Assembly (NCBI GenBank): GCA_040756235.1 | Contig: JBFLZG010000087.1 | Location: 96,001 to 160,000 of the forward strand | From: a bacterium | GTDB taxonomy: Bacteria; Desulfobacterota; DSWW01 | Reading direction: 5' to 3' | Length of the DNA stretch: 64,000 bases | Part shown: piece after piece, positions 9,597 to 19,830 of the stretch | Position numbering within the stretch: the first letter of the stretch is position 1 | How the letters are laid out: each line of letters begins with the position of its first letter | Position numbers and translations under genes: made by a program | The notes under the pieces: generated by a model | Databases searched by the model: none | Seen by the model: the letters and a program-made list of their open reading frames with translations, nothing else | What the model was told of the DNA's origin: nothing

Positions 9597-10577
9597 TCAC
9601 GTCGGTCTCGTGGAGATCCGATGGGCAGCCTCCCGGGCTGCCTCGGCCACCTCCGGATCCGGGTCGCGGAACAGGCGGGCCAAAGCTTCCTGTGCGATCG
9701 GATTTCCGATTTTTCCAAGCAGGTCGGCGATGTCTCCACGAAGAGCACTGTCGTGTGAGTCGAGAAAAGGAAGAAGCTTCTCTGCCATCCGATCCAGGCA
9801 CCGCGGGTCGGCTTCCATGGCCTCCTCGCAGATCGCCAGCAGCGAGAGCTTGCGGTTGAAGCTGGCTCCGCCGAAATGAGCGGCCAGGAAAGACGGGTCC
9901 ACGCCGCCGGCCAGCAGAAGCCCCGCCTCGGAAAGGTGCCCGTCTTCGAGCAGACACAGGACCTGCTCTTGCAGAGCCAGGGTGCGCTCTTTGCGCTCGA
10001 GAATCCTCAGCATGCGATCCGAATCGAACAAGCCGATGAACGGCACTTCGTCGACCAAGGCGGTCGGAACGGAGCGGACGCGGTGGCTTGCCGCAAGATT
10101 GGAATGCTGCGTCACATCGAGGATGTGCAAAGAGAAGCTCTGCTTGTTCAGGGCCAGGGCCGTCACGCCCCGAACGACATGGGGGCAGTTGGGGCATTGG
10201 GCCGAGACGAACAGCAGCACTTGCGCGAGCCTCCCGCCCGTTCTCCTCTTGCCGGTGCCGGAGTCTCCGGGATCCGGTTCCGAAGAGAGTTTCCAAATCA
10301 GCTCCCGGAAGGGTGCTGTTTCGTGTCCGGTGGGGGCGAAGTGGTAGTGCAGGAGCGGTTCGCCACGCACGCACAGCGTCATGGCAGGAAGGAAGGGCTG
10401 CTTCACGGGATCGCCAGGGACCGCGCCGATCTTGTGGTCGCTCTCCTGAGCCAGGTCCTCAACGAACCGAGACAGCTCCAGCTCGGCTCGTTCCGGCCCG
10501 CCCCGGCAATGAATCAGGGTGAGGGCCCGGGGTAACTCCCTCAGGGAGCGCCTCGGAGAGTGCCTCGCTTCGTGCAT
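9597..10577 (-). CDS. Thioredoxin-fold (AhpF-NTD/PDO-like) protein with C-terminal HEAT repeats
   Basis: CPNCP active site and SVP cis-Pro motif; LRGDIADLLGKIG...DPDPEVAEAAREA HEAT repeat; start uncertain. Confidence 0.7.
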   Translation of the reverse strand: MHEARHSPRRSLRELPRALTLIHCRGGPERAELELSRFVEDLAQESDHKIGAVPGDPVKQPFLPAMTLCVRGEPLLHYHFAPTGHETAPFRELIWKLSSEPDPGDSGTGKRRTGGRLAQVLLFVSAQCPNCPHVVRGVTALALNKQSFSLHILDVTQHSNLAASHRVRSVPTALVDEVPFIGLFDSDRMLRILERKERTLALQEQVLCLLEDGHLSEAGLLLAGGVDPSFLAAHFGGASFNRKLSLLAICEEAMEADPRCLDRMAEKLLPFLDSHDSALRGDIADLLGKIGNPIAQEALARLFRDPDPEVAEAAREAAHRISTRPT

Positions 10578-10648
10578 CTTTCTCAAACTCAAAGCCCAAC
10601 AGAGAGCCTTCGACCCGTCCTGAAAGAAAACCCTTAGGGGACGGGCTC

Positions 10649-11290
10649 TCAAAAATCTCGTGTCGAGCAGCCCTGGAGGGTCCGCAGGTGGCAAGTATCG
10701 TTGATCCGGCGGCAGATCCAAGTGCCCTGGTCGAAGACGAACTCGTTCAAGGCCGCCGTGTCCTGCCCGATTTGCCAGAAGTGGGAGTTGTCCAGCCCGA
10801 GCAAGGAGGCGATCAATACCTTGTTCACGACCCTGTGCGCCGCCACCAGGACGGATTGCCCCGGGTGTCGGCGGACCAGCTCCCCGATCGCCTCCAGGGC
10901 CCTGTCGCGCACGGCGCCGAGACCTTCCCCCTTCGGAAAGAAGACGTCCTGGGGCCTTTCCTTCCACATCCGGTAGAGCTCGGCGTAGTCCCGTTTGACC
11001 TCGTGGAGGGATTTGCTTTGCCACTCACCGAAGTCGATATCGGTCAACCCAGCGTGTTTCACCACCGGGATCCCGTGAGGCTCCAGAATGATCTGGGCCG
11101 TCTCTACGGCGCGGGACAAGGGGCTGCTGATCGCCGCGTGGAAGGTATCGCCCCGAAGCCAGTCACGCGCGCAGGCGGCCTCGGTGCGCCCCTGTTCGTC
11201 CAGCGGGACGTCGATCGTGCCCCGGAAAATCTCGTCTCGGTTCCATTCGGTTCGGCCGTGGCGGACGAGAACGATGCGCGTCAATTCCAT
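10649..11290 (-). CDS. Histidine phosphatase (phosphoglycerate mutase/CobC family)
   Basis: LVRHGRT, SSPLSRA, DFGEWQ, second His in AAHRVVN. Confidence 0.9.
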   Translation of the reverse strand: MELTRIVLVRHGRTEWNRDEIFRGTIDVPLDEQGRTEAACARDWLRGDTFHAAISSPLSRAVETAQIILEPHGIPVVKHAGLTDIDFGEWQSKSLHEVKRDYAELYRMWKERPQDVFFPKGEGLGAVRDRALEAIGELVRRHPGQSVLVAAHRVVNKVLIASLLGLDNSHFWQIGQDTAALNEFVFDQGTWICRRINDTCHLRTLQGCSTRDF

Positions 11291-11324
11291 GTCTCCCGGT
11301 CAGGAGGTTGTCGGTTTTCTCGTT

Positions 11325-11397
11325 CCTTCTCCCCTCGGCGAGGGGGAGAAGGTCAGGGTGAGGGGTGCATCTGCTCCCCTCACCCTCACCCCTCTCC
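11325..11397. repeat. REP-like double hairpin
   Basis: CCTTCTCCCC...GGGGAGAAGG followed by AGGGTGAGGGG...CCCCTCACCCT. Confidence 0.6.
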
Positions 11398-11495
11398 AAG
11401 AGGGTGTCCAAAAGCCTCTCAAGCAGAAGAGGCCTTCCTCCAGTGGGGGGAAGGCCTCCTTCGGCTCTTGTTCGAGCTTCACGCGCTCCTCAGGC

Positions 11496-12725
11496 TCAGG
11501 ATCTCTTGATCGCATCACCCGTAGCAGCGCCGTGAAGCTTGACTTCCACTTTTTCGTCCAGCTTCTGGTAGTACTCTTGGAGAATGACGAGCACTTCAGG
11601 CCGGGAGAACTGCTTGGGCAGCTCGCCGCCTTCAGAAAGGGTCTTTCGGACCAGAGTGCCGCTGAGCAGGAGACGATCCTCCTTGCCGTGGGGGCAGGTC
11701 CGCATGGATGCCATGCCGTCGCACTTGAAGCAGTAGAATGTCCAGTCAATGGGCAACGGCTTCAGCTCGAGGGCGCCGTTTGGGACCTCATGAAAGATCT
11801 TCTGCGCGTCGAAGGGGCCGTAGTAATCGCCGACCCCAGCGTGGTCGCGGCCCACGATCAGGTGGCTGCAACCGTAGTTCTGGCGGAAGACGGCGTGCAG
11901 AAGGGCCTCGCGAGGACCCGCGTACCGCATTTCCATCGGGTACCCGCCTTGGATGCAGGTGTTCTTCACGAAATAGTTGTCGACGAGCGCCTCGATCGCG
12001 CGCACGCGGACGTCGGCCGGGATGTCCCCCGCCTTGAGGGCCCCGAGGAGCTGGTGGATGTACAGGCCGTCGCAGATCTCGATGGCGATCTTGGCCAGGT
12101 ACTCGTGGGAGCGGTGCATCGGATTGCGCAGCTGCAGAGCCGCGACGGTCGTCCAGCCCTTCTCCTCGAACTGGGCGCGCGATTGCGCGGGGGTCTGGTA
12201 GAGCCCCGGGAACTGCTTGGGGAAGTAGCTTTCGCTCAAGACCTTGATCGGGCCGGCGATGTTGACTTCCTTCTGGGACATGACCTTGGCCACGCCAGGA
12301 TGGCCTTTGACGTCGTCGGTCCAGAAGACTTTCTTGCACTCGTGCACCTTGTCGATCGTATACTGATCCGTGACCTTCATGGTGGCAAGGATTTCCTCGT
12401 TCTCGACGTCATAGAGAGCGACTTCCTTGCCCACGGCGGCCTTGGCGTCTTCCTTGTCGGCCGAAAGGGTGATCGGGATGGGCCAGAAGGTGCCGTCCTT
12501 CATCAGATAATTGTCGCAGCAACCCTTCCAGTCGTCGTGTCCCATGAAGCCCGTGAGCGGAGTGAAGGCCCCGATCCCCAGCATCAGGACGTCTCCTGCC
12601 TCGCGGCTGGTCATCGGGATCTTCTTGAGCGTCTGGGCCTTCTTGGTTTCCTCCTTGAGGGCCTCTCCCTGCAGCAGGAGGGGTTTCAACTTCTTTTCTT
12701 TTCCATGGGGTTTGACCAACGCCAT
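11496..12725 (-). CDS. sat: Sulfate adenylyltransferase (ATP sulfurylase)
   Basis: [34 protein letters not shown]; start ATG 12725. Confidence 0.97.
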   Translation of the reverse strand: MALVKPHGKEKKLKPLLLQGEALKEETKKAQTLKKIPMTSREAGDVLMLGIGAFTPLTGFMGHDDWKGCCDNYLMKDGTFWPIPITLSADKEDAKAAVGKEVALYDVENEEILATMKVTDQYTIDKVHECKKVFWTDDVKGHPGVAKVMSQKEVNIAGPIKVLSESYFPKQFPGLYQTPAQSRAQFEEKGWTTVAALQLRNPMHRSHEYLAKIAIEICDGLYIHQLLGALKAGDIPADVRVRAIEALVDNYFVKNTCIQGGYPMEMRYAGPREALLHAVFRQNYGCSHLIVGRDHAGVGDYYGPFDAQKIFHEVPNGALELKPLPIDWTFYCFKCDGMASMRTCPHGKEDRLLLSGTLVRKTLSEGGELPKQFSRPEVLVILQEYYQKLDEKVEVKLHGAATGDAIKRS

Positions 12726-12932
12726 TCTTGTCTCTCCCTTCCTTAAGGGTGTTTCAGCGGAGCGACTTGCGGATCCGCTCAGCAACCGCTGTCTGCCAAA
12801 CGCAACTCTCCCAATGCCCGCTTTCAGGGTACTTGACTGGCAATTCTCGGGGGGAAAAACGAACGGAACATGCCCGGCGCAGGTCAGATCAAAAGCCGGA
12901 ACACTTCTCAACGTCTTTGCTGTCCGCGAAGC

Positions 12933-12961
12933 AAGCTATCAGCACCGGGCCAGGTTGTCAA
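12933..12961 (-). promoter_or_regulatory. sigma70 promoter of sat
   Basis: TTGACA-N17-TAGCTT on the minus strand with TG extension. Confidence 0.6.
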
Positions 12962-13057
12962 GCTCAAAACTCGTCTCCGGCGGAATTCCACGGATGCATT
13001 TGCAGGAGCAAAGCCGTATCGGAGAGCGCGGCTGCAAAAATTTCTGGCAGCCGGACC

Positions 13058-13127
13058 TTGCTTGACAGAAACTATGGGTTGTGCTAAAAATGCCCCCATG
13101 CCGACCGGGTGAATGAATAATCATTCA
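13058..13127 (+). promoter_or_regulatory. sigma70 promoter plus palindromic operator, copy 1 (towards aprBA)
   Basis: TTGCTTGACA-N8-GGGTTGTGCTAAAA, then TGAATGA-ATAA-TCATTCA at 13110-13127. Confidence 0.75.
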
Positions 13128-13435
13128 GAAGCGGACGTGGATGCCTGTTTGAACATGAAGCGAGAAGGCTCCTGTCTTCTCTCATGCCCGGGAGTTTCCA
13201 AGAGAAGCCGCAGGCGTTTCCGGTACAGTCCCGTTTTTCTGCACGCCTATTGAAGATCCGGGTCGAGGCCAGTCGGGCGAGGATGGCGAGCGCGTGAAGA
13301 GTTTTCAACGGTTGCGGTTTCCGACGTGTTCCGCCCGACAATGCTCCCCCGCGATGTCCAGGATGATCGGGAACAGGTACGGGATCGTCGGTCGTTCCTG
13401 GACTCTCTAGATTCTGGATCATGATCAAGATTTGT

Positions 13436-13465
13436 TTGACACCCATGAGCTGCATGTCGTACGCT
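13436..13465 (+). promoter_or_regulatory. Possible second sigma70 promoter upstream of aprB
   Basis: TTGACA-N18-TACGCT. Confidence 0.4.
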
Positions 13466-13747
13466 TTTTATTCTGCCCTTTCTTTTCGCCTCCGCCGCAG
13501 CTCCGAGCCAGCGCCTTTTTTGAGAACGGTTTCTTTTCGAGCGGAAGAGCAAACAGGTGTCCGGCTGATCGCTGGGAGAAAGATCCAACCTCCATTGTGC
13601 AGACCGTCCCAGGAAAGGAGGTGAAACGGGGAGATACGCGACGTCTTTGCGTCCTCGTCGAACAAGGAAGACATCGTTTCGGTTGGGGCCCCTCTCGAGT
13701 AGGAGAGGCTCCGATTTTCTCAGGCTAAGTGGCAAGGAGGACACAGA

Positions 13748-14200
13748 ATGCCAAGCTTCGTAATCATGGAGAAGTGCGACGGGTGCAAGGGGCAGGATAA
13801 GACTGCGTGCATGCACATTTGCCCCAATGATCTGATGGTGCTGGACAAGACCACGGACCCCGACAAGCCCAAGGCTTACAACCGCGCGCCCGATTACTGC
13901 TGGGAATGCTACAACTGCGTGAAGATCTGCCCCCAGCAGGCGATCGACGTCAAGGGCTATGCGGATTTCGTCCCCATGGGTGCCAGCGTCGTTCCGCTGC
14001 GCGGGTCCGAGGACATCATGTGGACGGTGAAATTCCGCAACGGGACGATCAAGCGCTTCAAGTTCCCGATCCGTACCACCCCGGAAGGCAAGGCAGAGCC
14101 CCTGGCCGGCTGGAGCTCGGGCTCGGACGATCCCAAGAGCCCGCTTCTTTGCACCGAGCCGGATTCCCTTGGGTACCAACTCCCCAGCCTGAAAAAGTAA
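13748..14200 (+). CDS. aprB: Adenylylsulfate reductase beta subunit
   Basis: CDGCKGQDKTACMHICP, CWECYNCVKICP, KRFKFPIRTTPEG. Confidence 0.97.
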   Translation: MPSFVIMEKCDGCKGQDKTACMHICPNDLMVLDKTTDPDKPKAYNRAPDYCWECYNCVKICPQQAIDVKGYADFVPMGASVVPLRGSEDIMWTVKFRNGTIKRFKFPIRTTPEGKAEPLAGWSSGSDDPKSPLLCTEPDSLGYQLPSLKK

Positions 14201-14218
14201 CTTAGAGGAGGTAGAAGC

Positions 14219-16114
14219 ATGCTGCCATCTGATTTCCAGACCGTCGAAATCAACACCGATCTGCTGATCCTGGGCGGTGGTATGGCTGCCTGTGGTGCGA
14301 CCTTTGAAGCAGCCTATTGGGCGAAGAAGCACGGGTTGAAGGTCACCGTGGTGGACAAGGGCGTTATGGAGAGAAGCGGCGCCGTGGCCATGGGACTGTC
14401 GGCCATCAACGAGTACATCGGCATCCGCGAGGGTGAACACACCTGCGAACAGTACGTGAAGTACGTCCGCCAGGACCTGATGGGCGTCTCCCGCGAGGAT
14501 CTGGTCTACGACATCGCACGTCATGTCGACGGAACGGTCCACCTGTTCGAGAAATGGGGTCTGCCGATTTGGAAGGACGAGAAAGGCAATTACGTCCGCG
14601 AGGGTGCGTGGCAGATCATGATCAACGGCGAATCGTACAAGGTCATCGTTGCCGAGGCCGCCAAGAACGCCCTGGCGACCCTGGGAGACAAGGGACAGGT
14701 CCTGGAGCGCGTCTTCGTGGTCGAGCCCCTGATGGATGGTGACCGGTGCGTAGGCGCCGTGGGCTTCAGCATCCGTGAGCCCAAAGTCTATGTCATGAAG
14801 GCCAAGGCCGTTCTGGCTGCCATGGGCGGCGCGGTCCATGTGTTCAAGCCGCGGTCCACCGGTGAAGGTCTCGGCCGGTCCTGGTATCCCCCGTTCAACT
14901 CCGGCGCAACGGCTTACTTCACGATCAAGGCTGGCGCGGAAATGACCTGCCAGGAAGTCCGGTTCATTCCGGTTCGCTTCAAGGACGCTTACGGGCCGGT
15001 CGGCGCGTGGTTCCTCCTGTTCAAGGCGGCAGCCACGAGCGCTCTGGGCGGCGACTACATGGTGGAGAGGAAGGCGGCGCTGCAGGAGTGGGCGCCTTAC
15101 GGCTTGGGTAAGCCGATTCCGGCGAACCTTCGCAACCATCTCGGACTGCTGGATGTCTACGAAGGCAAGGGCCCGATCTACATGCAGACGGCCAAAGCCA
15201 TCCAGAACATCGCGGCCCAGTACAAGGACGATCCCAAGGGCTTCAAGAAGAAGATGAAGGAGCTCGAGAGCGAAGCCTGGGAAGACTTCCTGGACATGAC
15301 CATCAGCCAGTCGATCCTGTGGGCGGCCCACAATATTCAGCCCGAGGAGAAGCCTTCGGAAATCATGGCCTGCGAGCCTTACTTCATCGGTTCCCACTCC
15401 GGTGCGTCCGGCGCGTGGGTTTCCGGACCGAAGGACCTTGCCCCGGCCGAGTACTTCTGGGGTTACAACCGCATGACCACAGTGAAGGGCCTCTTTGCCG
15501 CGGGTGACGGCGCGGGCGCTTCCAGCCACAAGTTCTCCTCCGGCTCCCACGCCGAGGGGCGGATCGCGGCCAAGGGCGCGATCGACTTCATCCTCGACAA
15601 CAAGGCGGAGCCCAAGGTGGACGCGGCCGACGTCGAGAAGATCAAGACGATGCTGCTCAAGCCGCTCGATCTCTTTGCCAAGCACAGCAAGGAGACCAGC
15701 GACCGCGACATCAACCCGAACTACAGTATTCCCAGGCAGATCATGTTCCGCCTGCAGAAGATCATGGACGAGTACGCGGGCGGTGTCACCTCGTGCTTCG
15801 CCACCAACAAGCCCTCCCTGGAGCGCGGTCTGGAACTGATGCAGATGCTCAAAGAGGATGCCGAGAAGCTGGCAGCCGAGGACTACAATGAGCTGATGCG
15901 CTGCTGGGAGAACTACACCCGCATGTGGATCGCCGAGAGCCACATCCGGCACCTGATGTTCCGTGAGGAAACGAGATGGCCGGGCTACTACATCCGTTCG
16001 GACTTCCCGAAGATGGATGAGAAGAACTGGCACTGCTTCGTGAACTCCGTGTACGACCGCAAGACCGGCGAATGGACGATGAAGAAGGTTCCGATCGTCA
16101 ACCTGCCCGTCTGA
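14219..16114 (+). CDS. aprA: Adenylylsulfate reductase alpha subunit
   Basis: GGGMAACG, RSGAVAMGLSAIN, WQIMINGESYK, HKFSSGSHAEGR, REETRWPG. Confidence 0.98.
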   Translation: MLPSDFQTVEINTDLLILGGGMAACGATFEAAYWAKKHGLKVTVVDKGVMERSGAVAMGLSAINEYIGIREGEHTCEQYVKYVRQDLMGVSREDLVYDIARHVDGTVHLFEKWGLPIWKDEKGNYVREGAWQIMINGESYKVIVAEAAKNALATLGDKGQVLERVFVVEPLMDGDRCVGAVGFSIREPKVYVMKAKAVLAAMGGAVHVFKPRSTGEGLGRSWYPPFNSGATAYFTIKAGAEMTCQEVRFIPVRFKDAYGPVGAWFLLFKAAATSALGGDYMVERKAALQEWAPYGLGKPIPANLRNHLGLLDVYEGKGPIYMQTAKAIQNIAAQYKDDPKGFKKKMKELESEAWEDFLDMTISQSILWAAHNIQPEEKPSEIMACEPYFIGSHSGASGAWVSGPKDLAPAEYFWGYNRMTTVKGLFAAGDGAGASSHKFSSGSHAEGRIAAKGAIDFILDNKAEPKVDAADVEKIKTMLLKPLDLFAKHSKETSDRDINPNYSIPRQIMFRLQKIMDEYAGGVTSCFATNKPSLERGLELMQMLKEDAEKLAAEDYNELMRCWENYTRMWIAESHIRHLMFREETRWPGYYIRSDFPKMDEKNWHCFVNSVYDRKTGEWTMKKVPIVNLPV

Positions 16115-16129
16115 GGTGTGCCACTCTAC

Positions 16130-16170
16130 GGCCACCAGGCCCCTCGAGAGGGCCTGGTGGCCCGTTTTTC
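16130..16170 (+). terminator. Intrinsic terminator after aprA
   Basis: 13-bp stem GGCCACCAGGCCC/GGGCCTGGTGGCC followed by a T run. Confidence 0.75.
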
Positions 16171-16300
16171 ACTTCTTGTCGCCCATCTGGACCGACTCGG
16201 AAGCAAATCCTCTTCCCGGGAACCGGAAGGGGTCGCCATATATGGTCGTCGTATTTGAAAACCTGCCGAATCCATCATGCAAACAAGGGAGCAAGCGAGG

Positions 16301-17575
16301 ATGGCTGGTGAAAAGAACAAAGCCACTGGGAATGGGGCTATTCTTGTCGTGGGGGGAGGAATCGCCGGAATCACGGCAACCCTGGAGGCTGCCGAAGTCG
16401 GCGCAGATGTCATCCTCGTAGAGAAAAACCCCTACCTGGGTGGCCGCGTGGCGCGGATGAACCGCTATTTCCCGAAACTGTGTCCTCCTACCTGCGGCCT
16501 CGAAATCAACTTCAAGAGGATGAGGAACAACTCCCGGATCCGGGTTGTGACGCTCGCCGAGGTGGAGTCGGTCAGCGGTCAGCCGGGCTCGTACGAAGTC
16601 ACCATCCGCCAGAATCCAAGATATGTAAACGAAAACTGCACGAGCTGCGGCGCCTGCGCCGAGGCGTGCTCGCTCATGGTCCCCAACGAGTTCGATCTGG
16701 ACATGAGCCAGAGGAAAGCCGCCTATCTGCCGTTCGAGATGGCCTACCCGAACCAATATGTGCTGGACCCCCAAATCATCGGAACCGACGATGCGAATCG
16801 GTGCCTTCAGGCCTGTAAATACAACGCGATCGATCTGACCATGCAGCCCCGCGTGCTCACCGAGAAGGTGGCCTCCATCATCGTGGCCACGGGCTGGAGA
16901 CCCTACGACGCCAAGAAGATGGACAAGCTCGGGTTTGGACGGATCCCCAACGTCATCACCAACGTGATGATGGAGCGGCTCGCGTCCACGAACGGTCCGA
17001 CCCAGGGCAAGCTCCTGCGTCCATCGGACAAGAAGCCGGTCCGGAGCGTGATCTTCGCTCAGTGCGCCGGATCCCGCGACGAGAACCATCTGGCCTACTG
17101 CTCCGGCGTCTGCTGCCTGGCTTCGATGAAGCAGGCGACTTACGTGCGCGAGCAGGACCCCGAAGCCCAGGTGCGGATCTTCTACATCGACGTGCGTGCC
17201 ATGGGAAAGTTCGAGGACTTCTACGCAGCCTCCCAGAAAGACGGGAAGCTCCAATTCGTCAAAGGAAAAGTGGCCAAGATCGAGGAGGACCCCGCCACTC
17301 AGGACGTGATCGTCGAGGTGGAAGACACCATGTCCGGAGAGAAGATCCGCGCGCAGGCAGACATGGTCGTTCTGGCGACCGGGATGGTGCCGAATACGGC
17401 CGGAGAGAGACTGCCGATGGACGTGGCCTACGACGAATTCGGCTTTGTGGTCTCGGACGGCTCCCAGAAGGGCATCTATGCTGCCGGATGTGCCAAGAGA
17501 CCCGTTGACGTCGCTTCGGCTCTGCAGGATGCCACCGGCTCCGCGCTGAAGGCCATTCAATGTCTGAGGAGGTAA
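16301..17575 (+). CDS. qmoA: QmoA (HdrA-like flavoprotein)
   Basis: GGGIAG, YFPKLCPPTCGLE, QCAGSRD, CSGVCC; follows aprA. Confidence 0.95.
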   Translation: MAGEKNKATGNGAILVVGGGIAGITATLEAAEVGADVILVEKNPYLGGRVARMNRYFPKLCPPTCGLEINFKRMRNNSRIRVVTLAEVESVSGQPGSYEVTIRQNPRYVNENCTSCGACAEACSLMVPNEFDLDMSQRKAAYLPFEMAYPNQYVLDPQIIGTDDANRCLQACKYNAIDLTMQPRVLTEKVASIIVATGWRPYDAKKMDKLGFGRIPNVITNVMMERLASTNGPTQGKLLRPSDKKPVRSVIFAQCAGSRDENHLAYCSGVCCLASMKQATYVREQDPEAQVRIFYIDVRAMGKFEDFYAASQKDGKLQFVKGKVAKIEEDPATQDVIVEVEDTMSGEKIRAQADMVVLATGMVPNTAGERLPMDVAYDEFGFVVSDGSQKGIYAAGCAKRPVDVASALQDATGSALKAIQCLRR

Positions 17576-17579
17576 GGTG

Positions 17580-19817
17580 ATGGAAAAGAAGGTCGGGGTA
17601 TATATCTGCACCGGTTGTGGGATCGGCGAAGCCCTGGACGCGAAGTCGTTGGCCAAAGTGGCCACCTCCGAACAGAAGGTGCCTATCTGCAAGAGCCATG
17701 AGTTCCTGTGCGGTGCCGAGGGGCTGGACATGCTCCGCAAGGACATGGGCCAGGAAGGCGTGAACACGCTCGTCATCGCCGCCTGTTCGAAGCGAGCCAA
17801 GACCGAGGCTTTCTCGTTCGACCCCACCCAGGTGTGTGTGGAAAGGGTGAACATCCGCGAGCACGTGGCCTGGTGTCAGCCGGCCGGCGAAGAAGACACG
17901 CAGATGCTGGGGGAGGACTATCTGCGCATGGGGATCGTCAAGGCCAAGAAGATGGAGCCTCTGGCGCCGTTCAAGGAAGAGACTTCCAAGAAGATCCTCG
18001 TGGTCGGCGGCGGGGTCACGGGCATGACGGCGGCGCGGGAAGCGGCCGTGGCCGGCTACGAGGTCGTGCTGGTCGAGAAAGAGGTGCAACTGGGCGGATA
18101 CGCGGCGAAGCTGCACAAGACCTTCCCTCAGCGGGCGCCTTATCTCGAAATCGAAAACACGAACGTGGCCGCCCTGATTCAGGAGGTGGAGGCCCAGCCG
18201 AAGATCACGATCTACAAGGGAGCGGCCCTTCAGAAGACGGCCGGAGCGCCCGGCTTGTTCGACGTGACGATCCAGCAGAACGGGTCGTCCGAGACGGTTC
18301 GGGTCGGTGCGATCGTGGAAGCGGCGGGTTTCGCTCCTTACGATGCCGGCAAGCTCGGCCATCTCGGCTATGGAGAATGCACGAACGTCGTCACGCATTT
18401 CGAAGTCGAGCAGATGGCCAAAGCCGGCAAAATCCAGCGGCCTTCCGACGGCAAGGCACCCAAGGCGGTGGCGTTCATCCAGTGTGCGGGCTCCCGGGAT
18501 CCCAAACATCTCGCTTACTGCTCCGCCACCTGCTGCATGACGTCTCTAAAGCAGGCCAAGTACATACGCAACGCGAATACCGAGGCCAAGGTTTACATCC
18601 TGTACAAAGACATGCGGACCCCCGGGCAGTACGAAAATTTCTACAAGCAGGTCCAGCAGGATGAAGGCGTGTTCCTGACCAAGGGCGAGGTGACCTCGGT
18701 CGTGGAGGACGCGGACAAGGGCGTTCGCATCCAGGTCGAGAAGACGCTCCTGGGCGATAAGATCGAGATCCAGGCAGATCTCGTGGTGCTGGCTACGGGC
18801 ATGGTATCGAACGCGGCCCTCGGCGAGGAGCTCGTGGTCAAGCTGGCCGACGAAGGGGACGACAAGAAGAAGGGAGAGGAGGCCCAAGAGCCTCCGGCGG
18901 ACCGGATCATTCGCTCCAATATCCTGAATCTGGCATACCGACAGGGGCCGGAGCTTCCGGCTCTCAAGTACGGCTTTCCCGATTCCCACTACGTGTGCTT
19001 CCCCTACGAGAGCCGCAGGACCGGTATCTACCCGGCCGGCGCCGTGCGCCAGCCTATGGACGCGGCCATGGCCACCGAAGACGCCACCGGCGCTGCCCTC
19101 AAAGCCATCCAGTGCGTCGAGATGGTGGCGAGAGGGGAGGCGACCCATCCACGATCGGGAGACCTCTCGTACCCGGAGCTGTTCCTCCAGCGCTGCACGC
19201 AGTGCAAGCGCTGCACGGCGGAGTGCCCCTTCGGCATGTACGACGAGGACGAGAAGGGCACGCCCAAGCCGAATCCGACACGGTGCCGACGTTGCGGGAT
19301 CTGCATGGGAAGCTGCCCCGAGAGGATCATCAGCTTCAAAGACTTCTCGGTCGACATCATCGGCTCCATGGTGAAAACCATCGAAGTCCCGGAGGAGGAC
19401 GAAGAGAAGCCCAGGGTGGTCTGCTTCATCTGCGAGAACGATGCCTACCCGGCGGTGGACATCGCCGGCCTCCGCCGCATGCAGTACAGCCCCTTCGTCC
19501 GGTTCATTCCCCTCCGCTGCCTGGGCGACATGAACATCGTCTGGATCGCGGACTCGCTCTCCAAGGGGATCGACGGGGTCATGCTGATCGGATGCAAGTA
19601 CGGGGATGACTATCAATGTCATTTCATGAAGGGCTCGGAGCTTGCGAACTACCGGATGGGGAAGATCCAGGAAACCCTGACCCGACTGGCCCTGGAATCC
19701 GACCGGATCCGGGTGCACCAGCTCTCCATCAACGAGTACGATCAGATACCGAAGCTGGTGACGGACTTCATGGCCAAGATCGAAGAGGTGGGGCCGAATC
19801 CATACAAGGGCTTCTAG
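17580..19817 (+). CDS. qmoB: QmoB (HdrA + MvhD fusion)
   Basis: GGGVTG, CTQCKRCTAECP, CRRCGICMGSCP, CENDAYP, C-terminal GPNPYKGF. Confidence 0.95.
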   Translation: MEKKVGVYICTGCGIGEALDAKSLAKVATSEQKVPICKSHEFLCGAEGLDMLRKDMGQEGVNTLVIAACSKRAKTEAFSFDPTQVCVERVNIREHVAWCQPAGEEDTQMLGEDYLRMGIVKAKKMEPLAPFKEETSKKILVVGGGVTGMTAAREAAVAGYEVVLVEKEVQLGGYAAKLHKTFPQRAPYLEIENTNVAALIQEVEAQPKITIYKGAALQKTAGAPGLFDVTIQQNGSSETVRVGAIVEAAGFAPYDAGKLGHLGYGECTNVVTHFEVEQMAKAGKIQRPSDGKAPKAVAFIQCAGSRDPKHLAYCSATCCMTSLKQAKYIRNANTEAKVYILYKDMRTPGQYENFYKQVQQDEGVFLTKGEVTSVVEDADKGVRIQVEKTLLGDKIEIQADLVVLATGMVSNAALGEELVVKLADEGDDKKKGEEAQEPPADRIIRSNILNLAYRQGPELPALKYGFPDSHYVCFPYESRRTGIYPAGAVRQPMDAAMATEDATGAALKAIQCVEMVARGEATHPRSGDLSYPELFLQRCTQCKRCTAECPFGMYDEDEKGTPKPNPTRCRRCGICMGSCPERIISFKDFSVDIIGSMVKTIEVPEEDEEKPRVVCFICENDAYPAVDIAGLRRMQYSPFVRFIPLRCLGDMNIVWIADSLSKGIDGVMLIGCKYGDDYQCHFMKGSELANYRMGKIQETLTRLALESDRIRVHQLSINEYDQIPKLVTDFMAKIEEVGPNPYKGF

Positions 19818-19830
19818 GAGGGGCCTGTCG

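Noticed and set aside
13155..13253. 32-aa ORF downstream of the operator
   Set aside because: No SD and no recognisable features
13293..13310. Rex-like site CGTGAAGAGTTTTCAACG in the sat-apr spacer
   Set aside because: Spacing and right half-site do not fit GTGAA-N4-TTCAC
13582..13624. 16S rRNA 3'-end fragment
   Set aside because: Only short SD and anti-SD-like words, with no extended rRNA similarity
13247..16135. 962-aa antisense ORF over aprBA, and similar long shadow ORFs (32078-34570, 40432-42327, 42086-44023, 57551-59554, 59433-61592)
   Set aside because: Antisense to well-supported genes, with no motifs; expected from GC-rich codon bias
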